A DNA stretch of 47,787 nucleotides from a virus. Taxonomy: Duplodnaviria > Caudoviricetes. Positions within the stretch are counted from its first letter, which is position 1, and every line of letters starts with the position of its first letter. Positions 1-8,342 of this stretch are shown here, one piece after another. The stretch covers positions 1 through 47,787 of IMG/VR virus record IMGVR_UViG_3300043414_000895. One strand, given 5' to 3'. Position numbers and translations under genes: made by a program. The notes under the pieces are model-generated. The model saw nothing but the letters and a program-made list of their open reading frames with translations. It had not been told where the DNA came from and did no database searches.

Positions 1-101
1 CGCCAGCGCATGTACTGTTCGCCCGGCGCCACTGATTCGCCGCAACTCTGACAAACGTGCGGCTTGCGGGCCGTCAGCGTTTCGGGCGTTGTGCAGTGCA
101 T
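1..101 (-). CDS. 5' part of small Cys/His-rich protein (same as 37937-38188), runs off the window start
   Basis: ATG at 101; sequence identical to 38088-38188. Confidence 0.75.
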   Translation of the reverse strand, partial: MHCTTPETLTARKPHVCQSCGESVAPGEQYMRW

Positions 102-127
102 CGCTTACTCCCCGGTGGTGACGGTGG
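1..127 (+). repeat. Exact 127-bp direct repeat, copy 1
   Basis: Identical to 38088-38214. First mismatch at 128 (T) vs 38215 (C); patchy similarity continues beyond. Confidence 0.95.
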
Positions 128-722
128 TGGGCGCCGGCAGGATGCCGTGATGGCATTCGATGGCGCGGGCAATGCGCTGCGATGTCGTTCCATCGCGCCT
201 TATGGCGCTGCCCCGTGATGCCTCGCGCACTATGTCGGCAATCTGCTCATCCGTCAGCGGCGCTGGCTGGGGGTGCGCTGCGGCGTAATGACGTTCTGCA
301 GCACGGAACCCGCTGCGGTAGTCGTTGAAGTCAAACGCCATTGACGCCTCGTTGTCCTCCTGCTGATGCTGAAACATGGCGCCGATCAAAACATCGGGAG
401 CAGGCACCCGCACAGGCGCTGGCTGGGGGTGCGCTGCGCAGTTCTTTCCCTGCCACGCGCCGTGCTTGTAGCCGGCTTTCCAGCCACGCTGATACAGCGG
501 GTGAGCTTCGTCGTGGGCATCAGGCACTGGCTGCGCCAGGGCGGCGCGCAGCGCAATCGCCGCGTTTGAGATGTAGACGCCGCCAGCGTAGGTGCGCTGC
601 ATGGCGTGCTGCTCCAGTGCTGTCAGCGCGGCTTGCGCGGCTTCGCGCAGGGTGGGGGGCTGAGTAGTTGCATGTCCTGCAACAACTGCGGCGGGCAGCG
701 GGGGCAGGGTGGGGGTGGTCAT
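105..722 (-). CDS. Modular early protein with repeated linkers (AALAQPVPDA, 2x AAHPQPAP)
   Basis: ATG at 722 overlaps the methyltransferase stop (ATGA). Linkers are shared with 38192-38635. Confidence 0.8.
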   Translation of the reverse strand: MTTPTLPPLPAAVVAGHATTQPPTLREAAQAALTALEQHAMQRTYAGGVYISNAAIALRAALAQPVPDAHDEAHPLYQRGWKAGYKHGAWQGKNCAAHPQPAPVRVPAPDVLIGAMFQHQQEDNEASMAFDFNDYRSGFRAAERHYAAAHPQPAPLTDEQIADIVREASRGSAIRRDGTTSQRIARAIECHHGILPAPTTVTTGE

Positions 723-2251
723 GCCGCAGCCCTCAGCGCCTGGCGCTCTGCAAAGTTCGCCCGCACCAGCGCCTCGGCCAGTGGTGGGCACACGCTGTTG
801 CCGCACATGCGCACCTGGGCATCCTTCGGCAGCACGCGCCCGTCGTGGCCGCGGTCGATGATGTAGCTGGCCGGGAAGCCCTGCGCGGTGTACAGCTCGC
901 GCGGCTGCAGCATGCGCATGCCGATGTCGCTGATCTCATGCGGCACGCCGTCGACCATCACCAGCGCAAAGCGTGGCTTGGTGGTTACCGTGTGCATGGG
1001 GTCATCCAGTGGCGTGTCCTGGTTGCTGCCGTAATAAGCAGTGAGAAAGGCGCACACCTCTGCGTGGTGCTGGCCGCCTGCGCTGATGGTGTGCAGCGGC
1101 TCGTCGGCCGGTGCGCTGTTGCTGGTGCCGCGCAGCTTCACCATGTTGGCCGCCACCAGGCTGTGGTGGTCCTGCGTGGTCACCGTTCCGATGGGCGCGC
1201 CCATGCTGCTGCCCACCACGCCGGTGTAGTGCTTGGCCAGAAATGCGGCCACCAGCGCGTGCTTGCTGGCGCCAGCCACCACCGTGCCCAGCGGCTTGTC
1301 CAGGCCAGGCACCCGCGGCGCCTGGCCGGCGCGCTCGCCGTAGCCCGTCTGAACCAGCGTCGGGCTGACCAGCAGATGCTCCGCTTTGGTGGTCACCGTC
1401 GACACCGGCTCATGGATGCTGCGCACCTTGCCGGCATCGCCGTGGCCGGTCTGGCCAATGCGCACGATGTACGGCTGGGCGGCGTTGATCACGTAGCGCA
1501 TCACGCCGTGAGCGATGCGCCGCAGCGTGGCGTCGGCCAGCGGGCGCTCGCGTTCAAAGATCGACGGGCAGGGCAGGCCCCAGTCAATGCATTCAGCCGC
1601 CGTGCGCCAGGGCCGCAGCCCGCTGCCCTTGGCCGGCTTGGCCGCATGCGTGGGCTCGGGCCACACGATGGGCTGGCCGTCGCGCCGCGCCACCAGGAAC
1701 AGGCGCTTGCGGATGGTGGGGGCGCCGTAGTCGCAGGCGCGCAGTTCGCGCCACTCCACCGCGTAACCCAGGCTGCGCAGCTGGCCGACCCAGCGCTGGA
1801 ATGTGCGGCCCTTGCGGTCAGGGCAGGGCCGGCCGTCCACCAGCGGTCCCCAGGTCTGAAACTCCTCGACGTTCTCCAGGCAGATGATGCGCGGCCGCGC
1901 CAGCTTGGCCCACTTCACCACCACCCAGGCCAGGCCGCGCACCCGCTTGCTGACCGGCTTGCCGCCCTTGGCCTTGCTGAAGTGTTTGCAGTCGGGACTG
2001 GCCCACAGCAGACCCACCGGCTGGCCATCGGTCACGGCCAGCGGGTCCACCTCGAACACATCGCTGACAAAGTGCCGCGTCTGCGGGTGGTTGGCCTCGT
2101 GCAGGCTGACGGCTGCGGCGTCGTGGTTGACGGCCAGGTCAACGTGCCGGCCGATGGCAGCCTCGATGCCGGTGCTGGCGCCGCCGCCGCCGGCAAAGAG
2201 ATCCACCACCAGCTCGTCAGCCAGCGGCAGCAGAAACTGCGGCCTCAGCAT
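719..2251 (-). CDS. dcm: DNA (cytosine-5) methyltransferase
   Basis: Motif I DLFAGGGG, catalytic SPDC, ENV, RKRLF and C-terminal GNSVCPP. Start taken as MLRPQF. Confidence 0.95.
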   Translation of the reverse strand: MLRPQFLLPLADELVVDLFAGGGGASTGIEAAIGRHVDLAVNHDAAAVSLHEANHPQTRHFVSDVFEVDPLAVTDGQPVGLLWASPDCKHFSKAKGGKPVSKRVRGLAWVVVKWAKLARPRIICLENVEEFQTWGPLVDGRPCPDRKGRTFQRWVGQLRSLGYAVEWRELRACDYGAPTIRKRLFLVARRDGQPIVWPEPTHAAKPAKGSGLRPWRTAAECIDWGLPCPSIFERERPLADATLRRIAHGVMRYVINAAQPYIVRIGQTGHGDAGKVRSIHEPVSTVTTKAEHLLVSPTLVQTGYGERAGQAPRVPGLDKPLGTVVAGASKHALVAAFLAKHYTGVVGSSMGAPIGTVTTQDHHSLVAANMVKLRGTSNSAPADEPLHTISAGGQHHAEVCAFLTAYYGSNQDTPLDDPMHTVTTKPRFALVMVDGVPHEISDIGMRMLQPRELYTAQGFPASYIIDRGHDGRVLPKDAQVRMCGNSVCPPLAEALVRANFAERQALRAAA

Positions 2252-2466
2252 GTCACCCCCGCCGGCACATCCGCCCAGGCCACCACGCGCTGCGGCTGGA
2301 TCGGATACCCAGTGATGTCGCACCAGTGCTGCTCGCCCAGCCAGCCGGTGATGACTTCGGTGCCGCCGCCGTCTTCGGTGTAGCTCACTTGCATGAGCAC
2401 GGTGATCTCTGCGTCGGGCAGGGGGTCGGTGGTGACCTCGTGCCAGGTGATGGTTTCGGTTTTCAT
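2245..2466 (-). CDS. Small phage protein, DUF551-like
   Basis: W..V...LP ... V.AWA pattern; ATGA overlap with the upstream gene. Confidence 0.6.
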   Translation of the reverse strand: MKTETITWHEVTTDPLPDAEITVLMQVSYTEDGGGTEVITGWLGEQHWCDITGYPIQPQRVVAWADVPAGVTC

Positions 2467-3032
2467 GCCTGCTGCCCCCATTGCTGCCCGGTCGTCACAT
2501 CACGCCCGATGCCCGCCGCCGCAAACCCCGCGCCGTGCGGTCGCTCGCCTGGCGCGCACTGGTAGCGCGGGTCGTGCGTGGGTGTGGCCAGCCGCTGGAT
2601 GGCCAGCCCGGCCGGCACCACCACGTGATCGTCGGTGGTGTCTGGCGCGCGGCCCAGCACCACCGGGGCGCCGTGCTGTCGGGTCAGGCGCGGGTTCTGC
2701 GCTGCGGTGCGCGGCTGGCGGTGCAGGATGCGCTGGCGCGGCGCAGGGATGGGCTTGACCAGCGGCGGGGTGGTCGACATCCATCGCTGGGCCAGTTCCT
2801 GGTTGGCGAACCAGTGGTGCGGATGGGTGGCCAGCCGGCCCACGGCCAGCCGGCCGCGGTGGGTCAGCTTGGCCAGCACCGTGCCCACCGTGTTGCTGCA
2901 CCGGCCGGTGGCCTGCTGCAGCATGTTGTTGGTGATGCCGAGGTGGCCGCGCTCGACCACCATCTGCATGGCGGCGGTGGTGATGGGGCAGACGGCAGCG
3001 CGCGTGCGCCGGGGTTGGGTGTCGGTGGTCAT
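2463..3032 (-). CDS. Hypothetical protein, possible N-terminal winged HTH
   Basis: Translationally coupled within the early-left operon. Confidence 0.65.
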   Translation of the reverse strand: MTTDTQPRRTRAAVCPITTAAMQMVVERGHLGITNNMLQQATGRCSNTVGTVLAKLTHRGRLAVGRLATHPHHWFANQELAQRWMSTTPPLVKPIPAPRQRILHRQPRTAAQNPRLTRQHGAPVVLGRAPDTTDDHVVVPAGLAIQRLATPTHDPRYQCAPGERPHGAGFAAAGIGRDVTTGQQWGQQA

Positions 3033-3556
3033 GGCGTGGGGGTGGTGGGGTGGTGGGTGGCGCCCATGCCGCCGTCAATGACCAGCGTGCCGCGTGCGGC
3101 GTTGCCGGCCAGCGCCTGCTGCATGCGGTTGCGGGTGGCTGTCATCGCGTCGGCCAGTTCGCCGTAGCTGCAGGCCGGCAGCTGGGCGCTGCAGTGCAGG
3201 CGCACCAGCCAGTGCAGCGCGTCGATCTCGTCGGCGTACAGGGTCCAGCTGCCGCGGGTGGTGTGGCGCTGGTGCACATCAGCCAAGGCGCGCTGGGCCA
3301 GCTCGATGACGCGGCTGGCGTCGTCGCCGCTGCCCAGGCCCATGCCGGCCAGGGTTTCAGCCATGTTGGCTGCGTCGGCCAGGCTGCACCAGTGCGCGTC
3401 ACAGTGGGCGCCCTGGCGGAACTGCGCCAGCGCGTGCTGAATCAGCTCCTTCTGCTCGGCCACATCGGCCGCACTCAGCGGCTTGACGCGCGCAATGGCG
3501 ATCTGCACCGCGTTGGCGTAGGTCGGGCGCGGGCGGTACTTGCGGGGGCGGCTCAC
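3029..3556 (-). CDS. Hypothetical phage protein
   Basis: GTG at 3556 overlaps the previous stop; its stop overlaps the next ATG. Confidence 0.7.
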   Translation of the reverse strand: MSRPRKYRPRPTYANAVQIAIARVKPLSAADVAEQKELIQHALAQFRQGAHCDAHWCSLADAANMAETLAGMGLGSGDDASRVIELAQRALADVHQRHTTRGSWTLYADEIDALHWLVRLHCSAQLPACSYGELADAMTATRNRMQQALAGNAARGTLVIDGGMGATHHPTTPTP

Positions 3557-4194
3557 AGCGTCACCTTCCACTTCTTCCACAGCGCATCGTTGCGCCCGTA
3601 GTCCAACGCCTCGGCCGCGTCTTTGAAGCGGTCGCGCCAGTCCATCCACGTCATGGCGCAACGCTCGGGCGCCATCAGGTCCACCCAGCTCACCGGCTGC
3701 ACATGCACCAGGCAGGGCCACAGGCTGATGCCGGGGCCGCTGGGCAGCAGCTGCGCACGCTCGGTGGCCAGGGCGATCAGGTCGGCCTGCTTGATGGCCA
3801 CCGCATGCTTGTGCGTGGCGGCATGCAGCGCAAACGCCGACAGCACCGTGCGCTGCAGGCGCCCCTCGAAGTTGTGCCACGCATCGCCCACCTGCCCCTT
3901 GGCGGGTGTGCTCAGGTCTTGCGTGTACGCCTCGTGCGCGTCATGGAACAGCGCGGCCATGCGGCCGTGCAGGTCCAGCGTCATGCAGCGCTCGACGATC
4001 TCCAGCACCAGCAGGCTGTGCTCGGCCACGCTGAACGGGCGGCGGCACGCGCCGGTGTAGCGGTTGATCTGCGCCAGATGGTGGCTGATGTCGGCCAGCG
4101 TGATGGTGTTGACCTGGGGATACCGCAGGTCCACCTCGTTGCCGTGGGCGGTGACCATGTGCGCGCTGGCGTCGGCCAGGGTGGGGCCGGTCAT
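3553..4194 (-). CDS. HD-domain phosphohydrolase (YfbR-like 5'-deoxynucleotidase family)
   Basis: INRYTG, FSVAEHS, LFHDAHEAY and KQADLIALATE motifs. Confidence 0.88.
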   Translation of the reverse strand: MTGPTLADASAHMVTAHGNEVDLRYPQVNTITLADISHHLAQINRYTGACRRPFSVAEHSLLVLEIVERCMTLDLHGRMAALFHDAHEAYTQDLSTPAKGQVGDAWHNFEGRLQRTVLSAFALHAATHKHAVAIKQADLIALATERAQLLPSGPGISLWPCLVHVQPVSWVDLMAPERCAMTWMDWRDRFKDAAEALDYGRNDALWKKWKVTL

Positions 4195-4535
4195 GCGGCC
4201 ACCTGCGCGTGCTGGTTGGCCTGGCTGAAGCGGTGCCGGCGCTGGCAGGTTTCCAGCGGCGGAACATGGCCGCCCCATTCCGTCAGGCCGGGGGTCTTGC
4301 GCATCAGCGTGGCGCTGCCGTGATACCAGGCGCCAACGCGCAAGCGGTCGTACTGCGCCTGGGCGTAGCGCGCCGCAGCATCGCCGCGGCCGTAGGCCAG
4401 ATACACGGTGTGCTTGCCGCCGTCGTCGTCAACCAGCTGCACCTCCATGCGGTGCAGGCCGACGCAACAGTCCAGGGTCAGGGCGGTGAGCTTGCCGCTG
4501 AAGTGCCGCGGCGCGGCCAGGGTGGGGTAGGTCAT
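4191..4535 (-). CDS. Hypothetical protein
   Basis: 114-aa ORF coupled in the operon. Confidence 0.65.
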   Translation of the reverse strand: MTYPTLAAPRHFSGKLTALTLDCCVGLHRMEVQLVDDDGGKHTVYLAYGRGDAAARYAQAQYDRLRVGAWYHGSATLMRKTPGLTEWGGHVPPLETCQRRHRFSQANQHAQVAA

Positions 4536-4539
4536 CGCG

Positions 4540-4839
4540 TCACCTCGGGAAAAAGCACAGGCCGACCAGCGCGGCCAGCAAGGTGCCGGCGGCCAGCCAC
4601 CAGGCGCGGGGCTCGCGCTGGGGCTGCATGCCGGCGGTGTAGGGGGTGGGCGGCCGCGCGCCTTCTTCAGCGGCGGCCTGCATCTGGTCGTACAGGCTGT
4701 CGGTCAGCGGGTCGCCGCCGGCCATGGCGCCGTGCTGCAGGTTGCTGCGGCAGGCTTCGTCCAGTGCGCTGAAGTCGGCCAGGGCGTGCCGCTGCCAGGC
4801 GCGGGCGTCAGCAGCCAGTTGTCGAAGGGCGGCGATCAC
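4540..4839 (-). CDS. Hypothetical protein with C-terminal transmembrane helix
   Basis: GTG at 4839 overlaps the upstream stop; hydrophobic end WWLAAGTLLAALVGLCFF. Confidence 0.6.
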   Translation of the reverse strand: MIAALRQLAADARAWQRHALADFSALDEACRSNLQHGAMAGGDPLTDSLYDQMQAAAEEGARPPTPYTAGMQPQREPRAWWLAAGTLLAALVGLCFFPR

Positions 4840-5006
4840 TGGCACACCACCGGCTGCAGCGCGCAGTTGACCTGCGGGGTGGCGACATCGGGCTCGGGGT
4901 CGCCGCCGCCGCAGCCGGCCAGCAGGTGGGCCAGCAAAAGGCACATGGCCACCACGGCCATGCTTCGGAACAGGTCGCGCACGATGGGGTTGGTGCGTGG
5001 TCGCAT
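4836..5006 (-). CDS. Small lipoprotein (56 aa), first gene after PL; not in the ORF track
   Basis: Hand translation MRPRTNPIVRDLFRSMAVVAMCLLLAHLLAGCGGGDPEPDVATPQVNCALQPVVCQ; lipobox LAGC; GGAG upstream. Confidence 0.7.
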   Translation of the reverse strand: MRPRTNPIVRDLFRSMAVVAMCLLLAHLLAGCGGGDPEPDVATPQVNCALQPVVCQ

Positions 5007-5053
5007 GCTGCTCTCCGGTTGGTTGCGGCTGCGGGCTGCAGCGCACGGAGAGC

Positions 5054-5095
5054 AGTATTAAACGCCGCGCTTTCAAGGTCAAGCGGCGCGTTTAA
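5054..5095 (-). promoter_or_regulatory. PL-like promoter with two repressor operators
   Basis: Minus strand TTGACC-17bp-AATACT. Operator-like TTAAACGCCGCGCTTT (5058-5073) and AAGCGGCGCGTTTAA (5081-5095) resemble the site at 6081-6097. Confidence 0.75.
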
Positions 5096-5150
5096 GTTTT
5101 TTTGAGCCGACGCCCTGGCGGCGCCTTTGTCAGGGCCGGCCCCCTAGCTT

Positions 5151-5166
5151 GGGGGGGGGGGGGGGG
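5151..5166 (+). repeat. G16 homopolymer
   Basis: 16 consecutive G, about 80 bp upstream of the ORF at 5246. Confidence 0.9.
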
Positions 5167-5245
5167 CTGTAACAGCTTGGCGGCCTAGCGCGTCTGTGCG
5201 TTTGCGGACACACTGGCGCTTGTTACATCTTTATGAAGTTTCGTC

Positions 5246-5647
5246 ATGACCTTGATGAGCCGGTCGACCTCCCTGCAAGCCGAAACCTGCGGCGGCGTTG
5301 TCTATGCGCAGGTGCGCGGCATCGTGACATTGGGGGGTGTTGAGCAGATCAGGCGCGAGCTGGCCCCGGTCGCAAACGACGGGGCGCCGTTGATCTGCCT
5401 GGACTACACGCGCTCAGCCCTGGCGCTGACAGGCCATGACATGGACGCGCTGGCGCGCGTTGCCGTGCCTGGGGCCAGCAGTCTGGCCATGGCGTGGGTT
5501 GTGCCCGATGAAGCCGCCGCCGATGCGTGGCGGGCTCAGGCGTTCAAGTTTGCGCTGGTTGGCCTGCGCCGTTTTGTGACGACGGACCCGGCAGAGGCGC
5601 ATCACTGGGTGGCGCTCCAATCCCGAGAAGCTGCAGCGCTTCGATAG
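5246..5647 (+). CDS. STAS/SpoIIAA-like small protein (immunity-region moron)
   Basis: Alternating beta/alpha pattern, ICLDY and C-terminal F.TD..EA..W typical of SpoIIAA-like proteins. Convergent overlap with cI. Confidence 0.55.
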   Translation: MTLMSRSTSLQAETCGGVVYAQVRGIVTLGGVEQIRRELAPVANDGAPLICLDYTRSALALTGHDMDALARVAVPGASSLAMAWVVPDEAAADAWRAQAFKFALVGLRRFVTTDPAEAHHWVALQSREAAALR

Positions 5648-6011
5648 CGGGCGGTAACTTGCCAGCGCGTGCCAGCGCGCACAGGTACTGGCAGATCGCG
5701 GCGCACTTGTCGCGGTCGGTGCCGGCCGGGATCATGTCGAACAGCTTGGCCAGGGTGAGCGCTGCTGGGCTCAGGTCATCGTGCGTCTTGTCCATCCAGC
5801 CGTCGCCCCTGCCCGCGGCTGACTCCATGCGCCGCGCCATGGCTGTGCCCATCTCACGCGGGCGGCCTGTCTTGCTGTCAACCGTGCGGTTGCGCAGCAT
5901 GCTGATGTAGACCGGCGAAGTCTCAGCCGCCTCGGCCAGCTTGTCAGCCGTGCCGAACTGCTTGATGAGCGCTTCGAGGTTTTCCAGGCGGATCTGACCG
6001 ATGGCTTGCAC
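5544..6011 (-). CDS. CI-like repressor (XRE HTH, no S24 peptidase domain seen)
   Basis: IRLENLEALI...LAE...YISML and AR.ME.A.G...GWMD motifs; divergent from cro; GTG start. Confidence 0.8.
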   Translation of the reverse strand: MQAIGQIRLENLEALIKQFGTADKLAEAAETSPVYISMLRNRTVDSKTGRPREMGTAMARRMESAAGRGDGWMDKTHDDLSPAALTLAKLFDMIPAGTDRDKCAAICQYLCALARAGKLPPAIEALQLLGIGAPPSDAPLPGPSSQNGAGQPAQT

Positions 6012-6045
6012 ACCAAAGATTGGACGCGCCAGCGTGGGGGCCAGC

Positions 6046-6100
6046 AATCTACGCCGCGCTGAACAATCCGCTTGCAATAATAAAGCGCGCCGTTTAACCT
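6046..6100 (+). promoter_or_regulatory. PR-like promoter and operators
   Basis: TTGCAA(6072)-17bp-TAACCT(6095). Operator TAAAGCGCGCCGTTTAA lies in the spacer. ACGCCGCGCT at 6051 is also at 5062. Confidence 0.75.
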
Positions 6101-6106
6101 CGGAAG

Positions 6107-6400
6107 ATGGACCTCCGAACGTACCTGGCCGCACGGGGCAGTCAAACACGATTAGCCGCCGCCATTGATGCACAGCCACAGCTGGTGTGGCAGTGGGCGC
6201 AGGCAGACGGCCGGCGACAGGTGCCGGCAGAGCGCTGCGCCGACATCGAGCGCGCGACCAACGGCGCCGTGCCGTGCGAGTCGCTGCGCCCTGATCTGCA
6301 GTGGCACCGGGCAGCCGACGCGGCGTGGCCGTGGCACCCGAATGGGCGCCCGCTGCTGGAAGTGGTCAAACAAGCCAAGCCCGCAGCGGCGTCGGCGTGA
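6107..6400 (+). CDS. Cro/YdaS-like transcriptional regulator
   Basis: SQTRLAAAI..V.QW and VPAERC..IERAT.GAV..E.LRPD signature. Confidence 0.88.
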   Translation: MDLRTYLAARGSQTRLAAAIDAQPQLVWQWAQADGRRQVPAERCADIERATNGAVPCESLRPDLQWHRAADAAWPWHPNGRPLLEVVKQAKPAAASA

Positions 6401-6459
6401 TGGCTGTCTCCTCCGCGCCCACTGTTGGCGTTCCCCTGGGTTTTGGGGCGCGGCTTCAT

Positions 6460-6495
6460 GCCCGGCCTGGCAGCGATGCCGGTCGGGCTTTTTTT
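6460..6495 (+). terminator. Rho-independent terminator after cro
   Basis: GCCCGGCCTGGCA-GCGA-TGCCGGTCGGGC followed by T7. Confidence 0.75.
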
Positions 6496-6613
6496 CGTCT
6501 GGTTGGCGCGGCACATGCATCGACTGTGCGCCGCGCTGTCCATTTTTGCTACCGCGTCAACACCTCGGGTTCCCCCGCATGGGTGATGTACGCATCCACA
6601 GTGATTGCCGCCC

Positions 6614-6838
6614 ATGCAGCACAAATCTGACCTCCCGGTGGCATCGCCGCCCCATGCCGTGCTGCCCCTGGGCGTGCAGATGCAGCTGCGCCGCGCCGCC
6701 GCCGACCGCGACATGGCCACCATTGACGCCATCACCGACGCGCTGGCCAAGCAGGGCGTGGTGCGCCCGCGTGCGGCCTGCCAATGGATGACGCGGGCCG
6801 AGATCGTCAGCGCAATGCAGAGCCCGCGGGCGCGCTGA
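6614..6838 (+). CDS. Hypothetical protein
   Basis: Stop overlaps the helicase ATG (TGATG). Confidence 0.55.
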   Translation: MQHKSDLPVASPPHAVLPLGVQMQLRRAAADRDMATIDAITDALAKQGVVRPRAACQWMTRAEIVSAMQSPRAR

Positions 6839-8340
6839 TGCTGGTGATGGATGACATCCCCCACGGCGCGCTGGACGATGAGCGCCAGCCGCCACACTCC
6901 ACCGAGGCCGAGCAGTCTGTGCTGGGCGCGTTGTGGATGGACAACCGGGCGCTGGCCCTGGTCAGCGACCTGATCGACAGCACCAGCCTGTGGCACGACC
7001 AGCACCGCCTGCTGTGGGATGCCACGGTGGGGATCATCCAGGCCGGCCAGCCGGCTGACCAGTTGACGGTGCACGCGCGCCTGGTGGCGCAGGGCCTGTC
7101 TGACCGGGCCGGCGGGCTGAAGTACATCAACGAGATCAGCCAGGGCGCGCTGTCGCCCCGCAACGTGCGCCGCTACGCTGAGCTGGTGGCCGAGCGCTAC
7201 GCCGAGCGCGAGCTGATCGCCGCCTGTGCTGAGGCGGTGAAGGCTGCATGGCAGACGGGCGCACCGCTCGACGGCCGGCTGGACCGCATCAACGCGCTGC
7301 TGTCCAGGGCTGAAGGGTTGCGCAAGGGCGTCAGCCTGCGCGTGCCCTTTGTCGACCTGGCGCAGCTGCGCGAGACAGCCGCTGCCGTGCGCTGGACGGT
7401 CAAGCATGTGCTGCCCGCGGCCAGCGTGGGCATGCTGTTCGGCGGCAGCGGCACGTTCAAGAGCTTCATCGCGCTCGACGCTGCGCTGCATGTGGCGCAC
7501 GGCCTGCCGTGGATGGGGCGCATCACCAAGCAGGCGCCGGTGATCTACGTGGCCGCCGAGGGTGGCGCTGGCCTGTGGAGCCGCATCGACGCATGGCACC
7601 GTGCCCGCGGGCTGAAGTGGCAGGGCCTGCCCTTCCGCGTGGTGCCGGCGGCCATCAACCTGGCCGAGGATGCCTGGCGCATCGTGGACGCCGCCCAGGC
7701 CACCGGCATCAGCCCGGCCATGGTGATCGTGGACACGCTGAGCCAGACGTATGCCGGCGAAGAGAACAGCGCCAACGAGATGGCGGCCTATCTGCGCGAG
7801 CTGGGCGCCCGCTTCCGCGATCTGTGGGCCTGCACCGTGCTGCTGGTGCACCACACCGGCCACCAGGCCACCGAGCGGCCCCGCGGCAGCAGCGCCATCC
7901 GCAGCAACATCGACTTCCTGCTGGGCGTGTTCCGCGATGAAAAAGAGATGCTGGCCACGGTCACATCGGTCAAGCAGAAGGACGGCGAGCTGATGAGCGA
8001 CGCCACCTTTAGCCTGAGCGTGCAAGACCTGGGCTGCGACGACGACGGCGACAAGATCACCAGCCTGGTGGCGCGGCACCTCAGCACCGCTGAAGAGGTC
8101 GAGCAGGCCCGGCTGACCGAGCAGGCCGCCGGCCGCGGTGGCCGCAACATGGCCCTGATGGGGCTGGTCAGCAACGGCATGGAAGAGCGCAACCTCCGCA
8201 AGGCGTTCTACGAACTGCTGGAAGGCCTGGACGCTGAGGCCAAGAAAAAGGCGTACTACCGCGCCAAGCAGGCGGCAGTCGATGCCGGCTACATGGAAGT
8301 AGCGCAGGGCATCGTGATGGACCATCGGAAGGGGGCGTAA
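6838..8340 (+). CDS. Replicative helicase: DnaB N-terminal domain fused to AAA_25/RepA-like ATPase
   Basis: PPHSTEAEQSVLGAL (DnaB-N), Walker A GGSGTFKS, YVAAEG, VIVDT, LVHHTG and RGSSA motifs. Confidence 0.9.
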   Translation: MLVMDDIPHGALDDERQPPHSTEAEQSVLGALWMDNRALALVSDLIDSTSLWHDQHRLLWDATVGIIQAGQPADQLTVHARLVAQGLSDRAGGLKYINEISQGALSPRNVRRYAELVAERYAERELIAACAEAVKAAWQTGAPLDGRLDRINALLSRAEGLRKGVSLRVPFVDLAQLRETAAAVRWTVKHVLPAASVGMLFGGSGTFKSFIALDAALHVAHGLPWMGRITKQAPVIYVAAEGGAGLWSRIDAWHRARGLKWQGLPFRVVPAAINLAEDAWRIVDAAQATGISPAMVIVDTLSQTYAGEENSANEMAAYLRELGARFRDLWACTVLLVHHTGHQATERPRGSSAIRSNIDFLLGVFRDEKEMLATVTSVKQKDGELMSDATFSLSVQDLGCDDDGDKITSLVARHLSTAEEVEQARLTEQAAGRGGRNMALMGLVSNGMEERNLRKAFYELLEGLDAEAKKKAYYRAKQAAVDAGYMEVAQGIVMDHRKGA

Positions 8341-8342
8341 CA

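Noticed and set aside
1-127. Terminal repeat or attL/attR pair
   Set aside because: It lies inside coding genes, far from int; the phage has a cos-type terminase and a separate intact attP; the length equals a common assembly k.
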